Below are positions 1 to 9,936 of a stretch of DNA of 64,000 nucleotides, in pieces; position 1 is the stretch's first letter, and each line of letters opens with the position of its first letter. Location: the NCBI GenBank assembly GCA_963674755.2, contig CAXXVS010000002.1, forward strand, positions 576,001-640,000, in the 5' to 3' direction. The notes beneath the pieces are model-generated. The model searched no databases. It was not told where the DNA came from and saw only the letters and a list, made by a program, of their open reading frames with translations. Position numbers and translations under genes: made by a program. The stretch comes from Desulfobacterales bacterium. Its GTDB lineage: Bacteria > Desulfobacterota > Desulfobacteria > Desulfobacterales > UBA5852.

Positions 1-446
1 AGCTGGCCCCGCTGATCCGCTTCCACCAGCCAGGACTGGAAAAGGCGGGCAAAGCCCACAAAGCCGCGCAGCATGTGGCGACTCATGCTGGCGGACTGGC
101 CGGAGAGTTCCACCAGCATGTTGACGAAAAAACAGCCGCCATCGAAGGTGTCCTGAGCCAAATAACGCCGTAATACATGGTCGCAGGTGCGTTCGATCCG
201 CAGCAACGGATCTTCGACTTGACGCATGCCCTGAAAGACCATTTTGCGCCAAATTTGCACCGCTTCATCATAAACGGCGTACCAGATATCTTCTTTGCTC
301 TGAAAATGGCCGTATAATCCGCCCTTGGTCAGCGCTGTGGCCTGAAGGAGATCGCTGATGGAAGTGTGGAAATAGCCCTTGACGGAAAACAGATGCAGGG
401 CTGCATGAATAATTTTCCGTCGGGTGCGGTCGCCTTTTGCAGGCAT
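1..446 (-). CDS. TetR/AcrR family regulator (NemR/LmrA-like), runs off the window start
   Basis: Manual translation from ATG 446: MPAKGDRTRRKIIHAALHLFSVKGYFHTSISDLLQATALTKGGLYGHFQSKEDIW (TetR HTH), later GGCFFVN. Not in the ORF track because it is truncated. Confidence 0.9.
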   Translation of the reverse strand, partial: MPAKGDRTRRKIIHAALHLFSVKGYFHTSISDLLQATALTKGGLYGHFQSKEDIWYAVYDEAVQIWRKMVFQGMRQVEDPLLRIERTCDHVLRRYLAQDTFDGGCFFVNMLVELSGQSASMSRHMLRGFVGFARLFQSWLVEADQRGQ

Positions 447-522
447 GTCGGATATCCTTTTAGCGGGGCTGGATGAAGCCGCTTTGTAAGAGAGTCATGC
501 GACGCCAGCCGTTTCGTGATTA

Positions 523-546
523 AAAAAAGACCGACTGGTCTTTTTT
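523..546. promoter_or_regulatory. Palindromic operator AAAAAAGACC-GACT-GGTCTTTTTT, probable TetR autoregulatory site
   Basis: Perfect 10-bp inverted repeat upstream of the TetR gene, just downstream of a minus-strand TTGACA (567-572). Confidence 0.7.
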
Positions 547-782
547 ATGCCGCTATTCAATATTTCTGTCAACGGGTAATTTTTGTGGGGCAATCGATAG
601 AGGGGGAGATTGAGGCGTCCGGGCTTTGCCTAAAGGATGACAAACGAATTCCAGGGAGATATAGTCGGTACGCATCCATCAATAGCATCTTTCGGATCCT
701 GGGACGCCACCGGTGGATCGGGTCTCTGAATGGCAGAACACCGCGACAAGGAAATCTCCGGGTGATGGACCCTGATGCGACA

Positions 783-1622
783 ATGAAGGCGACCGGAAAA
801 CTGCTGGCAAATCCGGCCGCATTGCAGCGCCATGTCCGGCTGGTTTTACAGACCAACCTTAGTGCGCATCCCGTGTGGGGTGATGAAATCGGCAGCGACA
901 GCAGGCTGTCGGTCGTATTGTTTTTGCTCAACGTATCCCCGGATTCTCCCGGGCGCTCACCCGAACCCTGCCTCATTCTCAACAAACGCTCGGCCCGGGT
1001 GCCCCAACCAGGCGATCTCTGTTGTCCGGGGGGCGGCATCGAACCCCGCTTCGACCGCTTGGCTGCGCATCTCCTTCGCCTGCCCCTGTCTCCTCTGAGA
1101 CAATGGCCCCACTATCGCACCTGGCAGGCCAAAGCGCCCCGACAGGCCGCGCGACTGCGGCTGTTGATGGCGGCGGCGCTACGGGAGGGGGTGGAGGAGA
1201 TGCGCTTGAATCCCCTTGGGGTGCGTTTCCTCGGCGGGTTGCCCCCTGTACATCTGGTCATGTTCAAACGGACCATTGTTCCTTTCGTGGCTTGGGTCCA
1301 CCGGCAGCAACAGTTCCGCCCCAATTGGGAAGTCGAGCGGATCGTCCGAATCCCGTTGCGCACCCTGCTGGTTCCCGACGGCTACATGGCATTGCGCCTG
1401 CGAATGGAGGGCGGTAACGCCGGGGGGCGGGGAACCAACGCAAGCGAATTCCCGGCCTTTCGGTTCCGCTCGCTTAACGGGACGGAGATCCTCTGGGGCG
1501 CCACCTATCGCATCACCATGAATTTTATGGAACAGGTGTTCGGATTTCAGCCCCCTGAGCATACCCGTGGGGCGGCGATCGAGAAACGATTGACGGCCGA
1601 GTATCTCACCGGTAAGGGATAG
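783..1622 (+). CDS. Nudix hydrolase, CoA pyrophosphatase-like
   Basis: LNKRS..V.QPGDLCCPGG, AALREGVEEM, PNWEVERI, LWGATY motifs. Start uncertain (765 or 783). Confidence 0.8.
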   Translation: MKATGKLLANPAALQRHVRLVLQTNLSAHPVWGDEIGSDSRLSVVLFLLNVSPDSPGRSPEPCLILNKRSARVPQPGDLCCPGGGIEPRFDRLAAHLLRLPLSPLRQWPHYRTWQAKAPRQAARLRLLMAAALREGVEEMRLNPLGVRFLGGLPPVHLVMFKRTIVPFVAWVHRQQQFRPNWEVERIVRIPLRTLLVPDGYMALRLRMEGGNAGGRGTNASEFPAFRFRSLNGTEILWGATYRITMNFMEQVFGFQPPEHTRGAAIEKRLTAEYLTGKG

Positions 1623-1748
1623 ACTTGCCGGGCGGCTGACAAAAGCCCGCCGCGGGTGGGGGGCGATGTCGCCGGCACAGAAACGGGTCGCCCGGCAAGG
1701 TCAGGAAATCCCCTATAACGCACTGAACGACGAAAGGACGGCCGCAGC

Positions 1749-2546
1749 ATGCGTTTTGGCGCCATGAATTTTCCGATCCGATCGGTGGTGGATGAGATCC
1801 ATGCGCTGGGCTCCCTGGGGTTTGATTATCTCGAGCTGGCCATGGACCCCCCGGAAGCCCATTATCGTCTTCTGATATCCCAACACGACGCCCTGCAGGC
1901 CGCGCTGGACCGTTACGGCATGGGCTTGATCTGTCATTTGCCGACCTTCGTCTATACGGCGGATCTCACTGCAAGCATCCGGGACGCCTCGCGGGAGGAA
2001 TTGCTCAATTCCCTTGCCGCGGCCAGGGATCTCGGCGCCCAGAAGGTCGTGCTGCACCCCAGTTTCGTTGGCGGCATGGGGCGCAGCGCCCCGGAGCTGG
2101 CACACCGGCACGCCCTTCAGGCGCTCGATGCGGCCGCCCGTGAAGGACAGAAGCTCGGGTGTCGGATATGCCTGGAAAACCTCTTCGCGCGTTTGACACC
2201 GTTTACGACGCCGGATGATTTTGAGGCCGCCTTCCGGCGCTGGCCGCACCTGCGCATGACCCTCGATGTCGGCCATGCCTTTATCGACGGTCACGGCATG
2301 GCGCTTATTTTTGAGTTCGTGCGCCGGTTCGGGGACCGCATCGATCACATCCACATCAGCGACAACGGCGGCCGGGAGGACGAGCATTTGGCGGTCGGCG
2401 ACGGTGCCATTGATTTCCGGGCCTTGATCAGCACCCTGAAACAAATCGATTACGACAACACCATGACCCTGGAAATATTTACGCCGGACCGTACCGACCT
2501 CGTGCGCAGCCGCAGCCTCCTGGAAAAGTTGATCGCAGCGGTTTGA
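1749..2546 (+). CDS. Sugar phosphate isomerase/epimerase (xylose-isomerase-like TIM barrel)
   Basis: CLEN, TLDVGH, HIHISDN, DEHL and TLEI metal ligands. Confidence 0.85.
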   Translation: MRFGAMNFPIRSVVDEIHALGSLGFDYLELAMDPPEAHYRLLISQHDALQAALDRYGMGLICHLPTFVYTADLTASIRDASREELLNSLAAARDLGAQKVVLHPSFVGGMGRSAPELAHRHALQALDAAAREGQKLGCRICLENLFARLTPFTTPDDFEAAFRRWPHLRMTLDVGHAFIDGHGMALIFEFVRRFGDRIDHIHISDNGGREDEHLAVGDGAIDFRALISTLKQIDYDNTMTLEIFTPDRTDLVRSRSLLEKLIAAV

Positions 2547-2616
2547 GCGCTGCCCCTTGCATAATGGCCGATAGGGTTGTGGAAGAACGATGTGGCACAC
2601 CTGCTGTTATCGGTGG

Positions 2617-3327
2617 CTACACCGTGATGCCCATTTGACGGAATTCTCTTTCCACAAGGGCGGTCCAGCCGCGATTGGCTTTGGGGTTAGCCGGGCTGGG
2701 ATGCGTAATTTTGCCGGCCGCGATCGTCAATCCCTCGACAGCGGTTTGCACGCGTGCAGCGGCAAAGGCGCCGACACCGACCGCAAGGCGGGGCCCTATT
2801 AAAACAAGGGTATCCCGCAACGCCCGATCACAGGCCGCCAGCAAGGGGGTGCGCTCCACCCGGGGCAGCTTGTCCGGTGTTCGATTGCGTCCCCCCGCTT
2901 CGATGAACAGCAGCGGGCAATAGTTGGCCACAAAGAAGTGTGCGAAAAACGCTTCCGGTGTGCCGTAGGTTTCCCGGGCCCATCCCCAAAGCCGCCGGCC
3001 GCTGACTTCACTCCGGCGGCAAGCGAAACCCTCCACCGGACGTTTGGGGTGCTCGGACACCGGTTTTCCCACAGGTGCCTCGATTCCCATCCATTGCCGG
3101 ACAGCATTGATTTCGCCGAACGGTATACCGGTCTGGGCCATCCCCCATGGACCGGGATTCATTCCCACCAGGACAACCTCCACTGATCCCTTGGCATAGC
3201 GTTCCAGATACTGGTCATAGGGCTGACGGGCATATACCAGCGGATTGTAGACATGGGTGACAGGGGAGCCGAAGGCGAGCTTCTGGAGATCCCTGATGAG
3301 GCGGTTGGTGACGGTGGTTAAATTCAT
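2617..3327 (-). CDS. SMUG1-type (family 3) uracil-DNA glycosylase
   Basis: GMNPGPWGMAQTGIPFG, SEVSGRRLW, NYCPL and HPSPAN motifs. Confidence 0.9.
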   Translation of the reverse strand: MNLTTVTNRLIRDLQKLAFGSPVTHVYNPLVYARQPYDQYLERYAKGSVEVVLVGMNPGPWGMAQTGIPFGEINAVRQWMGIEAPVGKPVSEHPKRPVEGFACRRSEVSGRRLWGWARETYGTPEAFFAHFFVANYCPLLFIEAGGRNRTPDKLPRVERTPLLAACDRALRDTLVLIGPRLAVGVGAFAAARVQTAVEGLTIAAGKITHPSPANPKANRGWTALVEREFRQMGITV

Positions 3328-3437
3328 AACAACAGTCTCCCCAAAAAACGACCCGTTGCCGATCCGGGGCGGCCTTCTTTTTTCACCGGAATGATGTCGG
3401 CGGCGCGGCGGGTCGATTAGCATGCCGATCGAGAATG

Positions 3438-3956
3438 TTACACCAGGTGAGCGATGATGTCGGGAATGATGTTATCACGGTTCTCCCAGGAGAGGGTTCG
3501 CAGATGGACGTCCCAGCGCTCTTTGACCTCGGCAATAAATCCGCCGCCGCGGTAGGCGATGGCGGCCAGAACTTTTTTGTCGGATGCGAGCACGGCCCGT
3601 GTTTTTTCGCGAAACAGGGCGGAGAGGCATTCCATTTTACCGATCTCGTCGATCACGACAAATTCAACCGTGGGATCAAGGAATGGCGTGGCGTCCAAGA
3701 AGCGGTCCAATCCGTCCACATCAACACCGTATTTGCCGATCCGAAAGGGACTTTGGAGTTCCACGTGCGACAGGAGGGCCGTGCGGCCATCCAGTCCGAC
3801 CAATTCGAATCCCTGCCGTTCGCCGTTCTGCCTCAATTCGCGGGTAATAAATCCCGTTAGCAATCGATCTCCAAGGGCATCGCACACGGCGCGAATGAGC
3901 GTACTTTTGCCGATGCCCGGAGGGCCGGTGATCAATAAATTGTTTGCCAAGATCAT
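3438..3956 (-). CDS. Nucleoside triphosphatase (THEP1/NTPase_1)
   Basis: GPPGIGKS Walker A, GFITRE.R, VIDEIGKME. Confidence 0.9.
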   Translation of the reverse strand: MILANNLLITGPPGIGKSTLIRAVCDALGDRLLTGFITRELRQNGERQGFELVGLDGRTALLSHVELQSPFRIGKYGVDVDGLDRFLDATPFLDPTVEFVVIDEIGKMECLSALFREKTRAVLASDKKVLAAIAYRGGGFIAEVKERWDVHLRTLSWENRDNIIPDIIAHLV

Positions 3957-4165
3957 GGGAGGGCCTTTACCAAATGGTTAGCGGTACATATCGTAATGGA
4001 CGAAAAGGACGCATGGCATGCGTGCTGCGTTCGCTAACGAATGCGATTCGGCAACCCCTGGTGAGGAACGGCGTGCCTGGGAAAAACACTTCTCCATAAG
4101 AAAATGATTTCCGCTTTGAACCACATGATCTTGTTGCGAGATATGGGTTTGGCACGAGATATGGT

Positions 4166-4181
4166 AGGCACGAATTTTGCA
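4166..4181 (+). promoter_or_regulatory. Putative sigma-54 promoter
   Basis: AGGCAC-GAATT-TTGCA matches the -24/-12 consensus with correct spacing and lies upstream of the ORF at 4290. Confidence 0.6.
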
Positions 4182-4289
4182 ATTCTTTGCCTTCAGGCGT
4201 ATCGAAAGTGCCGCCGGAATACCGGCTAACCAGAGGGGGCATCCATCCCGGAAGTGCCCGCAAGTGATGCTTATCAAAAGGGGGCGTTG

Positions 4290-4691
4290 ATGGTCAATGT
4301 TGTTCCCCTATTCCGTAGAATGCATGTCCTGTTCGTGGAAGACGATTGGGTCATCCGTCAAATTCTGCTGGAGCATTTTTCCAAGGCCAACAACTGCCGC
4401 GCGGTGAGCTTTGCCGATCCGGCCAAAGCCCTCGATTATCTGCGAATCCAATGCGATGCTGAAAGTATTTTTTCGAATCTCGCGGTGGGTGGACGCGGCG
4501 GCGTCGATCTGTCATCGGGAGCGAGCTGGCAATGCCGGCTTGAGCTGGCCATAGCGCCTGGCTATGACGCCGAGGCGGACCGCTTTAGCGCCATTGAAGC
4601 CGGCCGAGGCTTTTTCCGCGTCAAGACCCATGAATATCTTGGCCTCTGGCAGCTTGTTCATCATAACCTGTCCCATTCCTCCTTCAAATAG
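4290..4691 (+). CDS. Atypical single-domain response-regulator receiver
   Basis: HVLFVEDD...IRQIL acid pocket; the phospho-Asp position appears to be Asn (IFSN); Lys retained (RVKT). Confidence 0.55.
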   Translation: MVNVVPLFRRMHVLFVEDDWVIRQILLEHFSKANNCRAVSFADPAKALDYLRIQCDAESIFSNLAVGGRGGVDLSSGASWQCRLELAIAPGYDAEADRFSAIEAGRGFFRVKTHEYLGLWQLVHHNLSHSSFK

Positions 4692-4931
4692 CGTTTACCC
4701 TTACCCCATCACCCGACGTCACCCTTTGCCTTTCGCAAATGGGCCCGCATGGTGCTGTAAGCCTCCCAAGGAGGATCCACCGAACTATTGAGGGTGGGAG
4801 CGCGTGCCGGCGTGCTATAACGCCATGACCGGACATCCGACCTTGCGACCGCTGTGATGTGAAACGCACGGCGGAACAGCCAGGTCCGGTTCTGGGGCAA
4901 AAACATAAGGGGATGCGTGTACCCACGTACC

Positions 4932-5057
4932 CTAAATCGCATCCAGGGGGGGCAGAAGTTCAAAAAGGGCGGCCGGAGCGCCGCACACCGGACAGCGATA
5001 GGGGGGCTTGTCGCCATCATGGATATAGCCGCAAACAACACATCGCCAACGTTTCAT
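4932..5057 (-). CDS. Stand-alone short rubredoxin-like protein (41 aa)
   Basis: [29 protein letters not shown], with a GAGG RBS. Confidence 0.85.
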   Translation of the reverse strand: MKRWRCVVCGYIHDGDKPPYRCPVCGAPAALFELLPPLDAI

Positions 5058-5233
5058 GGTCGGTTTGCCTCGTCGCCAAGAGGAGTACGCTTGATTTAGG
5101 TCATGCGAAGCATCATTATTTGATAGGTCAAATGACGCGGCGGTGCAAGGCGGATTCTTAAACAATCGAAATGCTCAGCAGCCGGCATCAGAGCGTAGGG
5201 CATCGTCGAAAGCGTCACATATGTGAGAACACC

Positions 5234-5491
5234 ATGCAGATCCGAGTCGAATGCTATGCGGGCTATCGCGGTGAAGAAACGCCGCGGCGTATTCAGATCG
5301 GGGACTGCCGCATGGAGATCGCCGAGATCATCGATCGCTGGCTGGCCCCGCGACAGCGCTATTTCAAATTCCGAACCACCGACGGGGCCCTATGGATTAT
5401 CCGCCATGACAACCAGACCGGCCAATGGGAATTGACCTTTTTCAAAAATCTTGAGGCCGGGTTGTTGGGGCCGGGAGGGCCGGGTGCCTAA
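5234..5491 (+). CDS. Small conserved hypothetical protein
   Basis: MQIRVECYAGYRGEETPRR...EIIDRWLAP..RYFK; protein-like composition. Confidence 0.7.
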   Translation: MQIRVECYAGYRGEETPRRIQIGDCRMEIAEIIDRWLAPRQRYFKFRTTDGALWIIRHDNQTGQWELTFFKNLEAGLLGPGGPGA

Positions 5492-5835
5492 GGCTCCCGT
5501 TTCCATGGGCCGCGAATCCCCTTTGGATGATTTCGGGTATGTCCCGTTTTCCCCCTAACACAAGGTTTCATTGAACCAAAAGGCCGCCGCCGGGTGACGG
5601 CTGGCGCGGCACCGGTATGGGGTGCAACAGCGCACATCCCCATGGTCAGTAGCGGAGATATGGTTCGCGTTAAGTTTGAAGACCGCGGGGCATATCGTCA
5701 GGGCTAGACCGTCTCGACCATCGCTTCAGATCAGGTTGCCCTTGTTGTATGGCGCCGCCTGTTATAAGAAACTGGAAATCCCAGTGTTGCGGATTGCGCG
5801 GCACACCATTCGATGATGATGAAATAGCGGTGGAT

Positions 5836-6654
5836 ATGGAAAAGCACGATTACTACCACATATTAGGCGTCTCCCAGGATGCGGATAATAAAGTAATCAA
5901 AGAAGCTTACCGGGAACTCGCTTTCAAGTACCATCCGGACCGCAACAAGGAGAATCCCGAAGCGGTCGACCGTATGAAGGCGGTCAATGAGGCCTATGCG
6001 GTCTTGTCCCATCCCGACAAGCGGCGCCAATACGACAGCATGCAACAGCAGTTCGGCGCTTCCGCCCACAGCCAGTTTCGACAGCACTATTCCGAACAAG
6101 ACATTTTTTCGGGCTCGGATATTTTTCGGATCTTTGAGGAAATGACCCGAATGCACGGCTTCCGGGGGTCGGAAGATATTTTCAGGGAATTCTATGGCCC
6201 CGGCTTCCGGTCTTTCAATGGCCGCGGCCCCGGCATGCGGTTCAAAGGATTCGTTTTCACCGGAAGAGGCCCCCATGGCGGCCGTTACAGGGGCGGAGGA
6301 CCTCCCCCATTCGGCGGGCGTGGTTTCGGCCGTCTGGCCCGGCACATGGTCGAGCGCCTGACCGGTGTTACGCTGCCCCAGGCGGGGAAAGACCGGGAAG
6401 ACTCCATCCGGCTTTCGCCCGAGACCGCCCGCCAGGGTGGCCCCTACGCCTACGACTACCGCAAACAGGACAAGAAACTTGTGGTCAAGATCCCCCCGGG
6501 CATCCGCGCGGGGCAGCGGATCCGCCTGGCCGGCTTGGGAGAACAGGGGCGCGGCGGCGGTCCGTCGGGAGACCTGTATCTGCGTGTAGAGATAACCAGA
6601 CCGATCTTGGATCGCTGGCGTGATCGGCTAAAAAGGTGGCTGCCGGGCGTTTGA
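5836..6654 (+). CDS. DnaJ-class chaperone (CbpA-like, J domain plus partial DnaJ C-terminus)
   Basis: [11 protein letters not shown] motif, [21 protein letters not shown]. Confidence 0.85.
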   Translation: MEKHDYYHILGVSQDADNKVIKEAYRELAFKYHPDRNKENPEAVDRMKAVNEAYAVLSHPDKRRQYDSMQQQFGASAHSQFRQHYSEQDIFSGSDIFRIFEEMTRMHGFRGSEDIFREFYGPGFRSFNGRGPGMRFKGFVFTGRGPHGGRYRGGGPPPFGGRGFGRLARHMVERLTGVTLPQAGKDREDSIRLSPETARQGGPYAYDYRKQDKKLVVKIPPGIRAGQRIRLAGLGEQGRGGGPSGDLYLRVEITRPILDRWRDRLKRWLPGV

Positions 6655-6722
6655 AGGCTTACGGGAGGCTTTTTTAAAGTGGCCCTGTGCGTCGGCGATC
6701 GGCTGAAGAGGAGGAATCCGGA

Positions 6723-7451
6723 ATGGAAATTCTTGAGGGGATCCGTTTCAACTTTCGCGGATTGCTGCTCGGGCTGCGCACACCACGCCTGCTCATCTTG
6801 GGCCTGTTGCGGTTTGCGGTCGTTTTACTAATTGGTGTGGGCGCCGCCGTGGTGTTTTTTGCCTACCACCAGGACATCCTGCAGTTGATCTGGACCAGAC
6901 CGGAGAGCCTGTGGATTCTGTGGCTGTGGTATCTCGCCTCCTGGCTGCTGTCCCTGGTTCTTTTAGCGCTGACCTCCATTATCGGCTATTTTCTATGTCA
7001 GATTCTCTTTTGTGTCCTGATCATGGACCAAATGTCCCGCATCACCGAACGCATGCTGACCGGTGAAGAAAAAAAGCCCTCCAATGCCTCTCTTCTGACC
7101 CAGCTGGTGTATCTTGTCCGGCAGGAGACCCCCCGTGCCATTATTCCCGTATTGGTCACCCTGCTGATTATGGGAATCGGCTGGATGACGCCATTGGGCC
7201 CCTTTCTTACGGTCGCCGGACCGATTGTGGCCGCCATGTTTCTGGCCTGGGACAATACGGATCTGCTGCCCGCCCGGCGCCTCTATCCCTTCGGGGAGCG
7301 GTTTAAGCTGTTTCGACGCCAGCTGTTGTTCCATATGGGATTCGGACTCCCTTTCCTGATTCCTTTGGCCAATGTGCTCTTGCTGTCCTTCGCACCGGTG
7401 GGGGCCACCCTGTATCAGGTCGAAAAAGAACAGAAGGGTGCCGCCATTTAA
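6723..7451 (+). CDS. EI24/CysZ-like membrane protein
   Basis: Multiple hydrophobic helices; IPLAN...PVGATL C-terminal pattern. Confidence 0.7.
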   Translation: MEILEGIRFNFRGLLLGLRTPRLLILGLLRFAVVLLIGVGAAVVFFAYHQDILQLIWTRPESLWILWLWYLASWLLSLVLLALTSIIGYFLCQILFCVLIMDQMSRITERMLTGEEKKPSNASLLTQLVYLVRQETPRAIIPVLVTLLIMGIGWMTPLGPFLTVAGPIVAAMFLAWDNTDLLPARRLYPFGERFKLFRRQLLFHMGFGLPFLIPLANVLLLSFAPVGATLYQVEKEQKGAAI

Positions 7452-7481
7452 ACGGCAGGTGGTTGGACGAACTTCCGGTCT

Positions 7482-8795
7482 CTATGAAGGCCGGGAAGCG
7501 ATTCGGCCTGCCGTGGGGGTGTTGCCCCGGGGCATCAGGACGAACACCAGCGCCGCCAAAAGCGCCACGCCGGCCAGTGTGATCACCAGCGCGGCGGCGT
7601 AGGCCCAACGATAGGCGGCTGCGGCCGCAAGGCCTTGCTGCAGCAGGAAATCCACCAGAGGACCGGCAATCAGTGTGCCGGCCAGCCCCCAGCTCAGAAA
7701 GAAGGTCGCATTGAACCAGCCGAAGCGCCGGCCCCTTTGTCGGGGAGGAATCAGGGATGCGGCCAGGGCGTAGGATGCCGCCATAATAATGCTTTCCGCA
7801 CAGCCCTTGAGGAAGCTTCCCAGATAAATTAGGCCCAGGTGCGAGGTTGTCATGAAGATCACCAGGTAGGCCATGCTCAGTGTCGTCCCGAACAAAATGC
7901 CGGGGCCGTTGCCAATTCGCAGGACCAGACGGCCGACCGCCAGGCCGGCCAAGATCATGGCCAGGGATTCGGTGTTGACGATATAGCTCAACGAGCGGCT
8001 GGAAACGGCGAATCCCGTACTGAGGAACAGATATTGGGGTTGAATGATCACCACGGAATTGCGACCGAAGTTGATCAGGACCATGGCCACCAGAAATAGC
8101 CCAAACCACCGTGCCGAGGGCGCATGGTCATCCCTATCATCGCCGGCCCGGCCATACTCGGCTGCGGTAACGCCCCCCTCCGGCAGCGATAGCAGCGGAA
8201 GGGTGGAGGCGAACATGACCCCGGCGGCCACGAAGAACAACGCCCCGTGTTGAAATCCCCAGCCATCGTAATAGTGGCCCAGCCCGTCATAAAGCAGCCC
8301 GCCGATCCAGACCCCGGCCATCCGTCCGATGCCGCCGGCACTGGTCAATTTCCCCTGGATGGCCCCCCGTTGATCGGGCGGATAGAGATCCGATATCAGG
8401 GCGCTCCACCCGATGTTTGACATGGACCAGAAAATTTCCACCACCGTCAACCCGATGATGATGACATAGGCCATATGGCGCCGGTCGTGGGGCAGCGTAT
8501 GGACAAACCATACGGCCAGCGTCCCGATACCGCCCAGTATCTCACCCCGCACGATCAGGGTGCGCCGCAACTGGTAGCGGTCCGATAGGTGTCCCCACAG
8601 GGTGGCTTGGAAAATGATATTGGCCAGCATGGGCAGGGTCGCGAAGAGGGTGGTTCCCGTCACGCTGAGATGGAGAAAGTAGCGCAGGTAAATGGAAAGA
8701 TAGGCGTAGAAAAGACCCCGGCGAAACATGGCCAGGATCTGAAAAGAGGCAACGCTGAAAAAGCGCTTGCGGGACGGGACGAACAGATTGGGCAT
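7482..8795 (-). CDS. MFS transporter
   Basis: About 12 TM segments; WGHLSDRYQLRR motif A. Confidence 0.85.
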   Translation of the reverse strand: MPNLFVPSRKRFFSVASFQILAMFRRGLFYAYLSIYLRYFLHLSVTGTTLFATLPMLANIIFQATLWGHLSDRYQLRRTLIVRGEILGGIGTLAVWFVHTLPHDRRHMAYVIIIGLTVVEIFWSMSNIGWSALISDLYPPDQRGAIQGKLTSAGGIGRMAGVWIGGLLYDGLGHYYDGWGFQHGALFFVAAGVMFASTLPLLSLPEGGVTAAEYGRAGDDRDDHAPSARWFGLFLVAMVLINFGRNSVVIIQPQYLFLSTGFAVSSRSLSYIVNTESLAMILAGLAVGRLVLRIGNGPGILFGTTLSMAYLVIFMTTSHLGLIYLGSFLKGCAESIIMAASYALAASLIPPRQRGRRFGWFNATFFLSWGLAGTLIAGPLVDFLLQQGLAAAAAYRWAYAAALVITLAGVALLAALVFVLMPRGNTPTAGRIASRPS

Positions 8796-9170
8796 GACGA
8801 CGACCTCGCGACGTCGAGAGACGATGGACGCCGATGATCGGTGGCGCTTATCGTGTTCTGTAAAGATCTATTGCGGTTGAGCGCTTCGAAACCCGTGAGC
8901 GATTTAACAGGCGGGCCTGCGCCGGGATGCCATCATCAGTAAAACATGCCGGATAGGCCATTTCGACACCAACTGCAAGCCCTAATCGCGGCGGCTTTCC
9001 GGCTGCTGATAGCGGCGGCGGGGATAAAAAGGCGGACGGGAAAGGGCCGGCCATCATTTCGGGTTGACTGTCAGGCGCTTTAAGCATATGAAAATGATAG
9101 ATTTATAAGCAAAATCAAGCCGTGTCAGGAATCTTTATCTTCGAACGCGACAATGATCAAAGGGGGAACG

Positions 9171-9740
9171 ATGCGGAGACTATTACGGGCTTGGCGGATA
9201 TGGGCAGTGGCGGGTTTGATGATGTTCGCACTCAGCGCTTGCGCCAGCAGCCCATCAACCGCTCCGACCACGGCGGACGATCAGTCCGCAGGCCAGAGCG
9301 CCGCGCTGTCCGATGAAGAAGCCCTTGCCCGTCAGCAGGCCCTGGAAGAGCAGCAGCTTCGTGAAGAAGCCGAACGGCGGCAGTTTGAAATCGAACGCAA
9401 CCGCTTTGTCTATGAAGATATCTTCTTTGCCAAGAACAAATACCGTCTAAGCGACCAGGCGATCCGGGAACTTGAGTGGAAGGCGGACTGGCTCATGGCA
9501 CACCCTGAAATCGACGTCATGATTGAAGGGTATTGCGACGATGGCGGAAACGCCGAAGCCAACCTGGCACTCGGCGCCCGCCGGGCCGGGGAGGTGGAGA
9601 GCTTTTTCCTGCGGCGGGGCATCCCCCGGGAGCGCTTGACGGTCATCAGCTACGGCAAGGAGCGCCCCATCGCGACAGGTAACACCGAAGAGGCGCGCGC
9701 CAAAAACCGACGCGTTCGAACGCAGATTATCGGAGATTGA
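9171..9740 (+). CDS. Pal/OmpA-family peptidoglycan-associated lipoprotein
   Basis: Lipobox LSAC; IEGYCDD.G..EANLALGARRA; ISYGKERP; KNRRV. Confidence 0.9.
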   Translation: MRRLLRAWRIWAVAGLMMFALSACASSPSTAPTTADDQSAGQSAALSDEEALARQQALEEQQLREEAERRQFEIERNRFVYEDIFFAKNKYRLSDQAIRELEWKADWLMAHPEIDVMIEGYCDDGGNAEANLALGARRAGEVESFFLRRGIPRERLTVISYGKERPIATGNTEEARAKNRRVRTQIIGD

Positions 9741-9936
9741 AAGCGAGCGCGGCATCCGGTTTGGCAGCCTTGCCATTGCGACAATAATTCTGCGTAATTC
9801 CAGCTATTCCGAGTCACCACGTCGATCACATGGCCGGATTGTCAACCGCCGTTTCCCATGCGCGGTGGTTGGCGCCGGTCCGGCCGACCTCTGAATCATT
9901 CATTCCGATTACCGCCTCCCTTTCATCCACAACCCG

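Noticed and set aside
2617..3327. SMUG1 as a eukaryote-derived gene
   Set aside because: Bacterial SMUG1 homologs are already known, and composition matches the host.
5091..5104. FNR/HcpR-like site TTGAT-N4-GTCAT upstream of the rubredoxin-like gene
   Set aside because: Two mismatches and no other support.
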